Of a stretch of 64,000 nt of DNA, positions 19,009 through 28,700 are shown one piece after another. The translations under genes were made by a program, and so were the position numbers. Below the pieces are notes generated by a model that was not told where the DNA came from, did not search any database, and saw nothing but the letters and a program-made list of their open reading frames with translations. The stretch lies in the NCBI GenBank assembly GCA_018830295.1, contig JAHJSM010000001.1, positions 193,980-257,979 on the forward strand, in the 5' to 3' direction. The stretch comes from Patescibacteria group bacterium (lineage in GTDB: Bacteria; Patescibacteriota; Minisyncoccia; Portnoybacterales; UBA2143). Each line of letters starts with the position of its first letter. Within the stretch, counting starts at the first letter, position 1.

Positions 19009-20682
19009 ATGAAAAAAATCGCCATTATCTTTCTCGTTATCTTGATCGGCCTGATCTCTTCCACTTTTACCCTTCAAATAATTAACCAACAGAAAATCGC
19101 TTATGGAATTAAAATAGGCGGTTTTGAAATTGACGCGCGAGAGCCCCAAGCCGCGGCCGCGAATTTAGAAAACAGATGGAACGAATTTGCCGAACAGGAA
19201 ATTGACTTTATCTTCCAAGAAAAAAAATGGTCTTCTAAAATAAGCGACTTGGGATTTGAAATTGATTCCCAAACAACGATTGAACAAGCGAAACAAATCG
19301 GAAATCGTTCAAATTTTTTTTATGAAATAAAGGAACAATTTTTCGCCTTAGTGGGACGCGAAAATATACCAGTAAGATACAAAATCAACGAAGAAAAATT
19401 TATAGACCAAACAAAGGAAATTTTTAAAGAAATTGAAAAACCGGCGACAGACGCTTCAATTTTCTTTAACGAAGAAATTGACGATTTTTCCCTAAAACAT
19501 TCAAGCGACGGGACGGTCATTGAAAGAGAACAGTTGTTAAACGACTTACTCAATCAATTCCAATCATTTTCTAGTCAATCAATTGAGTTAAAATTATTAC
19601 CCGATGAGCCCGAAGTAAAAAACGACGAAACTGGTCTGGTATTAGAAAAAGCCCAACTAATCTTGGCTAATCAACCCTATTCTTTAATTTTTGAAAATAG
19701 CTCATGGACAATTGGCAAAGAGATAATTATTGACTGGCTTGAATTCAGCGCCATTAAAGAAGAAAATTCGGATAATCAGATACTTGGCATCGCGTTGGAT
19801 AAAGATAAGATAGAAAAATATTTAAACAGCATCGCCAAAACAATTGACCGTCCCGCCGCCGACGCTCAATTAGAGACCGAAGAAAATAAGGCAATCATTT
19901 TTGTTCCCGCCCAAGAAGGTTTCGCGGTAAAAAAATCGCAAACAATTGAACGGCTCATCGCAAATATATTATCCGACCCGCCGGTTAAAAAGACAACCAT
20001 CATTGCCGACAAGGCGTCGCCTAAAATTACTTTAGAAAAAACGAATCAACTTGGCGTTAACGCCCTCGTCGGACAAGGAACTTCAAATTTCGCTGGTTCG
20101 CCAAATAACCGCATTCATAATATAAAAACCGGAGCCACCAAATTTAACGGACTAATCTTAACCCCCGGCGAAGAATTTTCTTTTAATAATCTTTTGGGCG
20201 GAAGCGGAGCCGAACAGGGATTTTTGCCCGAATTGGTTATTAAAAACTATCAAACAATTCCCGAATACGGAGGCGGGCTTTGCCAAATATCAACAACCTT
20301 TTTCCGCGCCGCCGTCAATTCTGGGTTAAAAATCACCGAAAGAAAAGCCCACGCTTTCCCTGTTGTCTATTACAGCCCCCAGGGATTTGACGCGACTATT
20401 TACGAACCCAAACCCGACTTGCGTTTTATCAATAACACCCCGTCGCATTTGCTTATTCAAACCGCGATTGAGGGGACGAAACTAACCATAAATTTTTACG
20501 CGACGGATGACGGCAGAAAAGTCAAAATTGACGGCCCTTATACTTTAGAAAAAAAAGAAAACGGCTCAATGAAAGCCGTCCTTACGCAGAAAGTTTACGA
20601 CGCAAACGGAGAAATAACTGAAGAACAAATATTCTACTCCAACTACAACTCCCCCAACGCCTACACAACCCCCACCAACTAA
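19009..20682 (+). CDS. VanW family protein with peptidoglycan-binding (YoaR-like) repeats
   Basis: NRIHNI, PGEEFSFN, YGGGLCQISTT, ERKAH, DATIY, DLRFIN. Confidence 0.88.
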   Translation: MKKIAIIFLVILIGLISSTFTLQIINQQKIAYGIKIGGFEIDAREPQAAAANLENRWNEFAEQEIDFIFQEKKWSSKISDLGFEIDSQTTIEQAKQIGNRSNFFYEIKEQFFALVGRENIPVRYKINEEKFIDQTKEIFKEIEKPATDASIFFNEEIDDFSLKHSSDGTVIEREQLLNDLLNQFQSFSSQSIELKLLPDEPEVKNDETGLVLEKAQLILANQPYSLIFENSSWTIGKEIIIDWLEFSAIKEENSDNQILGIALDKDKIEKYLNSIAKTIDRPAADAQLETEENKAIIFVPAQEGFAVKKSQTIERLIANILSDPPVKKTTIIADKASPKITLEKTNQLGVNALVGQGTSNFAGSPNNRIHNIKTGATKFNGLILTPGEEFSFNNLLGGSGAEQGFLPELVIKNYQTIPEYGGGLCQISTTFFRAAVNSGLKITERKAHAFPVVYYSPQGFDATIYEPKPDLRFINNTPSHLLIQTAIEGTKLTINFYATDDGRKVKIDGPYTLEKKENGSMKAVLTQKVYDANGEITEEQIFYSNYNSPNAYTTPTN

Positions 20683-20684
20683 AA

Positions 20685-20705
20685 TTCGGCTATCCGATAG
20701 CCGAA
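20685..20705. repeat. Palindrome family B
   Basis: TTCGGCTATCCGATAGCCGAA; also at 35818, 36957 and a variant at 60654. Confidence 0.8.
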
Positions 20706-20712
20706 CAAATTG

Positions 20713-20795
20713 TGCGGACGGTGGGATTCGAACCCACACGAGATTTCTCTCAATAGGTCCTAAACCTATCATGTCTACCGTTCCATCACGCCCGC
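20713..20795 (-). tRNA. tRNA-Leu(TAG)
   Basis: atagg-ttTAGga-cctat; long variable arm. Confidence 0.92.
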
Positions 20796-20837
20796 TCTTG
20801 CTTTATTCTAAAATAAATCTCGCTTAAAGGCAACAGG

Positions 20838-20876
20838 ATTTAGGGACAGTCCCCGCAGCAGGGACTGTCCCTAAAT
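20838..20876. repeat. G4 palindromic doublet, intergenic
   Basis: atttaGGGACAGTCCCCgcagcaGGGACTGTCCCtaaat. Confidence 0.85.
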
Positions 20877-20892
20877 TATTACCTAAAAAAAC

Positions 20893-20921
20893 TTGACATT
20901 TTTAATTATTTGAGGCACAAT
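20893..20921 (+). promoter_or_regulatory. sigma70-type promoter for SPFH operon
   Basis: TTGACA-17 nt-CACAAT. Confidence 0.5.
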
Positions 20922-21010
20922 AGGGTTATGTTTTAGGGACGAGAAAAAAGGACGGACTTGCCTAAAGCAAGTTCCTTAAAAAAATAATATACAGACAAAG
21001 GAGGAGAAAA

Positions 21011-22306
21011 ATGTTTGAAATAAAAGAGATGGGAAAGGATGGAAAAGTAACAGTAGTAGTAAAAGCAGGAAAACCCCTCTTGAACTCAACGGCATTGTGT
21101 ATTGTAGGGGTAATAGCTGTAAGCGCGCTTTTGGGCGGCGCGTTGATTGATTGGCTCGCTTTTACTTATTTGGGGCTTGCCGCAATTCTTGCGGTATTAG
21201 CGTTAAATGCAATCATTCTTCTTCCAACTGCGTACTTCGGGATACCCAGTAGATTTGGAAAAAGAATCTACAAAAAAAACAGCGACCCTGTAATGTTAGA
21301 GGAAGGCATAAATTTTCGTTGGCCATTAATAGAAGATCTATTGTCCCAAAACACTAAATCCAAAAAGCTATTAACACAAGAAGTCACCACTAAAGCGCTA
21401 AGCAGGGACAAGTTAGAAGTTACGGTTGAAGGATCCGTGCAGTACAGAATCGCCAATCTCGACACTCATGTTGAAATGACCGAAAAAACCATGGAAAAAG
21501 GCATGGTGGGGGCGATTGAATCCGAACTCGGTAAGATATGCGGAGTAAAAGAAGCAGATGTCTTCGTTGATGAACGAACGGAGATAGAGTTTTTAATCAA
21601 GTGCGTTCTTCAGTTAGAAAGACCGCCTCATCATTACATTGACGAAGCGAAAGAAATTGAAAAAGTTAAAGATGAGGCGAAAATCAGCAAAACACGGGTT
21701 GGCTCGGACGAAAAAGAAATTAAAGAAACAGACACACTCAAAGTAATAGCAAGCAATGTGATGGGTCTTGTCTTGAAAAAAGAAAACATCCCACGCTATG
21801 AGCAGAAGTTAGGGGAAACAAGGATTAAAGAGTTAGTCGAAAAGCTGTCTCCCGAAAAGTGGAAACTGGAAAAAGAAAAAGAACTTAATAAATTTGAGAA
21901 GTATGACATTGACATTATCCGTTTTTATAAGGAGAATGCCACTCGTATAAAGCTTTTATTTGAATTTGAACGAGATTCCGAAGTTGAAAAACTTTACGGA
22001 ATCAAAATAGCCACATTTAGAGTTGAAAAACTCAACTTTTCAGAAGAAGCTCAAAAGGCTTTTGAAAAGACGCGGGCCGCAAAAGCCGAAATGATGGCGG
22101 CAGAAGAAAGATTTCAGAAAAAAACAGAAATGTTGAAGGAGTATACCCAGTTAACGAAGGGCTCTTTAACAGAAGCTGTTAATTTGACCGAAACAACAGC
22201 AGATGTGAAGGGAATCACCCGCCAGATAATTTCCGTGGAAGGATCAAAGGAATCCGATTTGCTCGCGCTCGGTAAATTAGTGGCTGGCGTTAAAGGAGGT
22301 GGTTAA
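21011..22306 (+). CDS. SPFH/Band-7 domain membrane protein with large internal insertion
   Basis: 2 TM, RFGK..EGINFRWP, SRDKLEVTVEGSVQYRI, YGIKIATFRVEKL, AAKAE coiled coil; AGGAGG SD. Confidence 0.65.
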   Translation: MFEIKEMGKDGKVTVVVKAGKPLLNSTALCIVGVIAVSALLGGALIDWLAFTYLGLAAILAVLALNAIILLPTAYFGIPSRFGKRIYKKNSDPVMLEEGINFRWPLIEDLLSQNTKSKKLLTQEVTTKALSRDKLEVTVEGSVQYRIANLDTHVEMTEKTMEKGMVGAIESELGKICGVKEADVFVDERTEIEFLIKCVLQLERPPHHYIDEAKEIEKVKDEAKISKTRVGSDEKEIKETDTLKVIASNVMGLVLKKENIPRYEQKLGETRIKELVEKLSPEKWKLEKEKELNKFEKYDIDIIRFYKENATRIKLLFEFERDSEVEKLYGIKIATFRVEKLNFSEEAQKAFEKTRAAKAEMMAAEERFQKKTEMLKEYTQLTKGSLTEAVNLTETTADVKGITRQIISVEGSKESDLLALGKLVAGVKGGG

Positions 22307-22308
22307 AG

Positions 22309-22737
22309 ATGAAGCGAATTTTGGCAGGAAGCGCGATACTTATCGCAATAACTCTCCTAATAACGGGAGCGTATCTAAGATTTTCGGCCATGAAATTTGC
22401 TGTGAAAAGCAAAAGCGTTGCCGAAATCCAAAAATCCGCTCTTGTTTCCGCTCCTGTTTCCGCCTCTGGAATTTTCATTGTTCCGCCGGGCGGAAAGGAG
22501 GTTAATCGGGATACCGCCGGTCAGAGAGTCGCCTGCCGTAATGTAGGTGACCATATTATTATTGAATCAAATCGGCCCGAAGCGTTGTTTATTCTGATGG
22601 ATACGACTCGCATCAGGATAGACCCCGTCCGAACGGTCATCAGAATTGACTCTTTGGGCGGGAAGGACTATCTTCGTTTCCAAAATTTCGGAACGAAGAC
22701 GGAGCGAATTAAAGCAAAAATTGCTTCCCACCGTTAA
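22309..22737 (+). CDS. Hypothetical membrane-anchored protein, partner of SPFH gene
   Basis: N-terminal hydrophobic anchor; AGGAGGT SD; terminator hairpin 22761-22793. Confidence 0.65.
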   Translation: MKRILAGSAILIAITLLITGAYLRFSAMKFAVKSKSVAEIQKSALVSAPVSASGIFIVPPGGKEVNRDTAGQRVACRNVGDHIIIESNRPEALFILMDTTRIRIDPVRTVIRIDSLGGKDYLRFQNFGTKTERIKAKIASHR

Positions 22738-22814
22738 GGTGCGAGACAAACCTAAAAACCAAAAAGCCGAGAAGCAAAAACTTCTTGGCTTTTTATATTC
22801 CAAAAAAATTACTT

Positions 22815-23162
22815 CTATTTTATAAGATTTGTAATAAAGGTCTGCGCCACTCCCGCGAATAATGCGACGCCAATACCAACCAAACCCCAAATTAATCTTT
22901 GCCTCGCTTCCGTAAGTTTTTCATCTACGCCCCCCGCCGTCATCCAAGTTAAACCTGCCCAAACAATCATCATCACACCCAAAAGTAGAACAATACCTTG
23001 AAACCAATTAACAACTGTTTCAAAAATATCCGTTATGCCTGTTAAAGAAGTGGGACCAGCCTTTACAACATCAACTGCCGCGAAAACGGCCAATGTCCCC
23101 GCGAACAAAAAGACAAGCGAAAACGCGATAATTGCCGAAAAAAATCTTTTATTATTCTTCAC
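22815..23162 (-). CDS. TrbC/VirB2-like pilin
   Basis: Signal plus two TMs, MIVWAGLTWMTAGG..EKLTEARQRLIWGLVG. Confidence 0.8.
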   Translation of the reverse strand: MKNNKRFFSAIIAFSLVFLFAGTLAVFAAVDVVKAGPTSLTGITDIFETVVNWFQGIVLLLGVMMIVWAGLTWMTAGGVDEKLTEARQRLIWGLVGIGVALFAGVAQTFITNLIK

Positions 23163-23183
23163 AAATTCTCACCTCCTTTCTTT

Positions 23184-23555
23184 TTACCCTCCTAAAATAC
23201 TTCTAACTAAAGTAACCCAATTTTTGCCTATTAAAAGAACCGCCAAACCAACCAAAGACCAGGTTAGCGCTTTTCTCGCCTCTGTTATCTTCTCGTCTCT
23301 TCCGCCAGCAATCATAAACAAAAGGCCTGAATAAATTATCATACCTACGGCGATAATAATACCAATATTCGCGACCCAATCAATAATATCTTCTATCAAC
23401 GCCTCAAAACTTGTCGATGTGAGCGGATTTGAAAAAATTCCTGTTACTTTTGTTCCTTCCAGCGCGTCTACTCGCGCCAAAGGCAAGCCCATCATTAAAC
23501 ATATAAAAAACAAAACCGCCGACAAAGAAATTATTTTTTTAAGTTTAAAATTCAT
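23184..23555 (-). CDS. TrbC/VirB2-like pilin
   Basis: NPL..., MIIYSGLLFMIAGG.DEKITEARKALTWSLVG. Confidence 0.8.
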   Translation of the reverse strand: MNFKLKKIISLSAVLFFICLMMGLPLARVDALEGTKVTGIFSNPLTSTSFEALIEDIIDWVANIGIIIAVGMIIYSGLLFMIAGGRDEKITEARKALTWSLVGLAVLLIGKNWVTLVRSILGG

Positions 23556-23567
23556 AAATGTTTTATT

Positions 23568-23972
23568 TTATCTATTAATTTGAATACATGTAGGAAATTT
23601 TGTCCACGCGGCGCTAAATTCTGACTTAGCAACGGTCTTTAAAAGGGTATCAATCATAAGCCAACTGCTGAAAATAATAACAAGACCGATAAATGTATTT
23701 ACAAAAATTCCTTTGGCTTTGGTAACCGCGTCTTGACTCCCGCCCGAAAAGAGAAACATAACGCCAGCCACCGCGAATAAAAGAGCGGCGACGGGAAGAG
23801 CCAAATTAAACGAAATAAAATTGATAATATTGCTTCCTAAATGCCAAAGGTCGCAGATTGTGCAATTATCATTGCAAGGAACGATAGAGCCAGTAATATA
23901 GCCCGCGCAAACTATATTCGCCTTCATTAAACCCGCGAGCAGAAAATAAATTAAAAATCTGTAATTCTTCAT
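23568..23972 (-). CDS. TrbC/VirB2-like pilin with Cys-rich N-terminal motif
   Basis: IVPCNDNCTICD, AGVMFLFSGG..AKGIF...IG. Confidence 0.75.
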   Translation of the reverse strand: MKNYRFLIYFLLAGLMKANIVCAGYITGSIVPCNDNCTICDLWHLGSNIINFISFNLALPVAALLFAVAGVMFLFSGGSQDAVTKAKGIFVNTFIGLVIIFSSWLMIDTLLKTVAKSEFSAAWTKFPTCIQINR

Positions 23973-25234
23973 TTTCTCATTAAAACATTAACTTGATTCA
24001 CTGCCCTATCCACAGAATCGCTAATTGTCATTTCTCCCGTTACAACTGATTCTATCATATCCGCCAAAATCGTTTCAATACCTAAATTATCGGTCTGATA
24101 CCAAGAGCGAGCCGTTAAAGATTGTTCCGCAAAAACGCCTAAATCTGCGTCATTTTTTTGCCATAAAACAAGGTCTTTCCTGGCGGTCGGTTTTTTGGTC
24201 AGCTCTAAATATTTTTGAGAATTTTCTTTTCCCGCGAACCAAACTATAAAATTCCACGCTGCCCTCGCATTGGAAGAATTTCTTGGAACAGCCAACCCCC
24301 AATAATTAGCATAATTGATATCTTTCTCAGAGCCCTTAATTTGGGGCATCGGCGATATACCAAAATTCAGATAAGGCGCTTTCGCGCGAATAGTTGGTAA
24401 TTGATAAGAATAATTAAACATCACCGCTGCTTTGCCTTCATAAAAAGCGTCAATTGAATAATCCATCCGATTATTCCACGAATAAACGGCTTTCAATGGA
24501 TTGGCAAAATCAGTATAAAACCGCAAAGCATCTGTTGATTCCCTAAAGATGGCCTCTGTTTTCTCTCCATTAATCATTTGAACGCCCGACTGGAGCATAA
24601 GCAAAGACAAAATATCGGTTGAGCGATTAACATTGCGCGCCGTTCCTAAAGCGACTCCCGCACGAATAATATTATCCCTTTCGTCTTTAATAGTTATTTT
24701 CTCCACATCTTCTAAGAAATCCTCCCATGTCTTGGCTGGCTTGGGAATGCCAGCTGTATTAAAGATATCCTTGTTGTAATAAAGAGCCAAGGTATCAACG
24801 CTCAAAGGCAAAGCCGTTACGAACCCATCTATTACAAAATCATCATAAATAACATCAACAAAATTATCCTGAACATCTCTCAACGAAATTAAATCTTCAG
24901 GCGCGGCAAAAATTTTATCTTCGTATCTCGGAATCCATGTATGGTGCAACATGACAATATCGGGACCTCTCCCTGTCGCCATCGCGGCCAATAAATCTTT
25001 TTCGTACGAGACGAAATTCTTTTTGTAATAATTAATTTTAATGTTTGAATATTCCGCATTAAAATCGCTGATCAGTTCTTTGTAAATATCAGAGTCGTCA
25101 TAAACGCCCCAAAATTCCAATTCTACATTTTGGGTAACTTCTTCCGATTTACAACCCGGGAAAGCGGCCGCTAACCCAAAAATCAACACGGGCGCAATAA
25201 AGGTATAAAAAATGGTAATCTTTTTTTTAGACAA
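23969..25234 (-). CDS. Extracellular solute-binding lipoprotein (family 1)
   Basis: Lipobox-like PGC, LEFWG, GPDI, DTLALYYNKD, YANYWG. Confidence 0.85.
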   Translation of the reverse strand: MSKKKITIFYTFIAPVLIFGLAAAFPGCKSEEVTQNVELEFWGVYDDSDIYKELISDFNAEYSNIKINYYKKNFVSYEKDLLAAMATGRGPDIVMLHHTWIPRYEDKIFAAPEDLISLRDVQDNFVDVIYDDFVIDGFVTALPLSVDTLALYYNKDIFNTAGIPKPAKTWEDFLEDVEKITIKDERDNIIRAGVALGTARNVNRSTDILSLLMLQSGVQMINGEKTEAIFRESTDALRFYTDFANPLKAVYSWNNRMDYSIDAFYEGKAAVMFNYSYQLPTIRAKAPYLNFGISPMPQIKGSEKDINYANYWGLAVPRNSSNARAAWNFIVWFAGKENSQKYLELTKKPTARKDLVLWQKNDADLGVFAEQSLTARSWYQTDNLGIETILADMIESVVTGEMTISDSVDRAVNQVNVLMRK

Positions 25235-25241
25235 TGGTTTG

Positions 25242-25778
25242 TTATCCCCTAAAAACTAATCCATAATGCTGACTGTCAATTTCAAGTTCCTTTTCAAAAA
25301 GAAGCCCTTCGTTTTCCGCCAATTGACGCGCCTCCTTTTTGGAAATCAACCAACCCCCTTTTGGAGCTAATGCAGAACTGGCTATCCATTCAATTACAAC
25401 CAACTGCCCGCCCTCTTTCAAAACCCTTCTTGCTTCTTTAATAATTTCTTCTTTTTTTTGCGATTGAAACAAAATGTTGCGCATTAAAACAAAATCCATT
25501 GAATTATCATCTAACTTTGAACTGCCCAAAACCTCCAAATTACAATGAATTGTTTCAATATTGGAAATCCCCTCTAAATCCGCTTTGCTTTTAACCGCTT
25601 CTAATGTTTCTTTGACCACATCAACTGCGTAAACTTTGCCTTGGTTAACAATTTTTGCCAAAGGAACACTAAAATATCCGTTCCCGCAACCAAAATCAGC
25701 TACTTGCGCGTTATCGCGAATGCCCATTCGTTTCAAAATTTCTTCAGGACGAGATAGTCCTATGACTTGATTTGACAT
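25242..25778 (-). CDS. Class I SAM-dependent methyltransferase
   Basis: VADFGCGNG, YAVD, RVLKEGG. Confidence 0.85.
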   Translation of the reverse strand: MSNQVIGLSRPEEILKRMGIRDNAQVADFGCGNGYFSVPLAKIVNQGKVYAVDVVKETLEAVKSKADLEGISNIETIHCNLEVLGSSKLDDNSMDFVLMRNILFQSQKKEEIIKEARRVLKEGGQLVVIEWIASSALAPKGGWLISKKEARQLAENEGLLFEKELEIDSQHYGLVFRG

Positions 25779-25785
25779 AATCTTT

Positions 25786-28700
25786 TTAAATACACGCCGC
25801 GGTGACGACTTTGTCGTTTCCGTTCAGCCGCATAATTTTAACCCCCTGCGTGGCTCTTCCTAATTCGGGAATGGATTTAACTTCCATTCTAATGACCTGC
25901 CCTTGTTTAGAAATAGCGATTAAATCCTTTGTCTCTGGACTCAAAATATGACCCGCAACAATATCTCCTGTCTTTTCGCCAATTTTCGCCGTCTTAATCC
26001 CCATTCCGCCTCTTTTCTGCGTCTTGTAATATTTCAAATCCGTTTTCTTCCCAAGCCCATTTTCAGTCACCACTAATATTTTTAAATTCTTCTTTTCCGC
26101 TTTTTCTTCAACAATACCCATCCCGATTAATCTATCGCCTTCTTTTAAAGCGACTCCCTTCACACCCGCCGCGCCTCTCCCCATAACCCTAACATCGCCT
26201 TCTTTAAAGCGAATGCTTTGCCCTTTAGCGGTAATCAAAACAATTTCATCTTTGCCGGAAGTCAGAACAGCCCATCTTAATCGATCACTCGCGCTTAACT
26301 TTAAGGCAATTAATCCGCTTTTCCGCGTATTTTTGAAGTCATCTATTTTAGTTCTCTTGATTATACCATTTTTAGTCACCATGACCAAATATTTCCCCTC
26401 CACAGGGCCACTCATATCAAGAACTGTCGCGATTTTTTCTTTGGCTCCCAACTGCAAGATATTAACAATCGCCTGTCCGCGCGCGACGCGACTCGCCTCC
26501 GGAATCTCATACGCCTTTATTTGAAAAACGCGCCCTTGATTGGTGAAAAACAAAATTGGGTCGTGAGTTGAAGCGGAAATAAAATGTCCAACCGCGTCTT
26601 CTTCCCGCGGAGTAATGCCAACCACTCCCTTGCCACCTCTTTTCTGCGATTTGTACGCTTGCGGATTCATTCTTTTAATATACCCGCCTCGGGTTAAAAT
26701 GATAATATTTTCCTCTTGAGGAATTAATTCTTCGTCCGTCAATTCTCCCACTGGTCGGCTAAAAACTTTTGTCCGTCTTTTATCTGCGTATTTCTCTTTC
26801 AATTCCTCTAACTCTTTTTTAATCAAGTCCATAATTTTCTTTTGGCTCTTCAACAAGGCCTCCAACTTTTTAATAATTTTCTTTTTCTCTTCCAGTTCAT
26901 CTTTAATTTTCTGCCGCTCCAAACCAGCGAGCGCTTGAAGTCGCATTTCTAAAATAGCCGACGCCTGAAGGTCGCTTAATTTAAATCTTTTGACTAAATT
27001 TTTATGAGCCGTATCTTTATCAGCCGAGCTCCTGATCGTCTTAATAACTTCGTCAATAAAATCAAGCGCCTTGTTTAAGCCGAGCAAAATATGTTCCCTT
27101 TCGCGCGCTTGTTTCAACTCAAATTGAGCGCGACGCGTGACGACCGTTCGACGATGTTTGACATACTCGTCCAAAACACCCTTAAGCGACAAGACCTGCG
27201 GCTGAATTCCATCAACCAAAGCAAGCATATTTAAATGAAATGTCTTCTGTAAATCCGTCAGTTTGAACAAGCGATTAAGAACTTTCTGCGGCTGGGTATC
27301 GCTTTTTAAACCAATGACCAATCGGACGCCATCTTTATCCGACTCATCGCGAATTTCTTTAATCCCTTGAAGTTTTTTACTTTTAACTAAATCCGCTATT
27401 TTAATAATAAGATTCGCTTTATTCACTGCGTATGTCATTTCCTTCACGATAATCTGGAATTTTCCCGCCTTTTCCTCAACAATTTCCGCTTTGGCGCGCG
27501 AAACAATCGGACCCCGTCCGCTACTATACGCCTGAATCATTCCCTGTCTATCATAAATTTCTCCGCCCGTCGGAAAATCAGGACCCTTAATAAATTGGAA
27601 AAGGTCTTGGACCGTCGCCTTAGGGTTGCTAATCAAATAGATAATGCCATCAATCAATTCGCCCAAATTATGAGGTGGAATGTTGGTCGCCATCCCGACG
27701 GCAATCCCCATCCCTCCGTTTAAAAGTAATTGTGGAAGTTTCGCCGGCAAAACAGACGGCTCTTTGGTGCTCCCGTCATAGTTATCAACCCAATCAATCG
27801 TCTCCTTGTCAATATCAGCCAACATCTCCTCCGCGATCTTATTCATCTTCGCTTCCGTATATCTTGGCGCGGCTGCATTATCCCCATCCATCGAGTTATG
27901 AACAAAAATTCCCGCCCCAAGACAAAAATTATGATGCGGCTCTATGGTTAAATCATAAACATCCTCTTTTTTGCGAAGAATTTTCGCCGTTGCTATCCGA
28001 TGATTATATTTTTTAGATTCGGATACAATTTCCGAAAAATTGCTAAAATAATTTAATGCGTTCTCAAGTTTTGGAACACCATTATTAGTTCTTTCTCGCT
28101 CGTATATTTCAGGAGTTATTTTTTTACGCTTGCCCAAAAGAGAGTGAACAAATCCTAAAATTTTACTCTTAATTACTCTTTTCTTATATGAAGGGTTCTG
28201 CCAATTTTTAAGCAAAGAAACTTTTGCCTTCCCCGCCAAATCTTTCATAAATTCAGGATTTTCTTTGCAACGCTGCTTGTTGCGAGCGCTTGTTAATTCG
28301 CTCATTTTCTTACTAAATTCAGGATTTTGCCATTGTTCTGTCGCTTTTTTACTATGAAATTCTCGCGTTTTTGGGTTTTCCCACAACTTTTTAGCCATTT
28401 GGCTAAAATGATCATCGGGATATTTTGCTCGATATTCAGGATTTTGCCATAATTTTTTTGACATCTCACTCTGTCTCTTTCTTTCTTCAGGATTCTCAAA
28501 TCTCTCTTTTGTTAATTTAGAAATATATTCTCTATGTTTTGGGTCAGACCAAATTTCCAAAGAAATTTCTCTCATCATTTGAGACATTCGCTCCCTGTAT
28601 TTTTCATCTTGCCATTTTTTCTTAAGTTCTTTCGATTTTGACTCGCTCATTAACTCTTGAAAATCTTTTCTTTGCCATAAGCTCCTCATATTCCTGCTCG

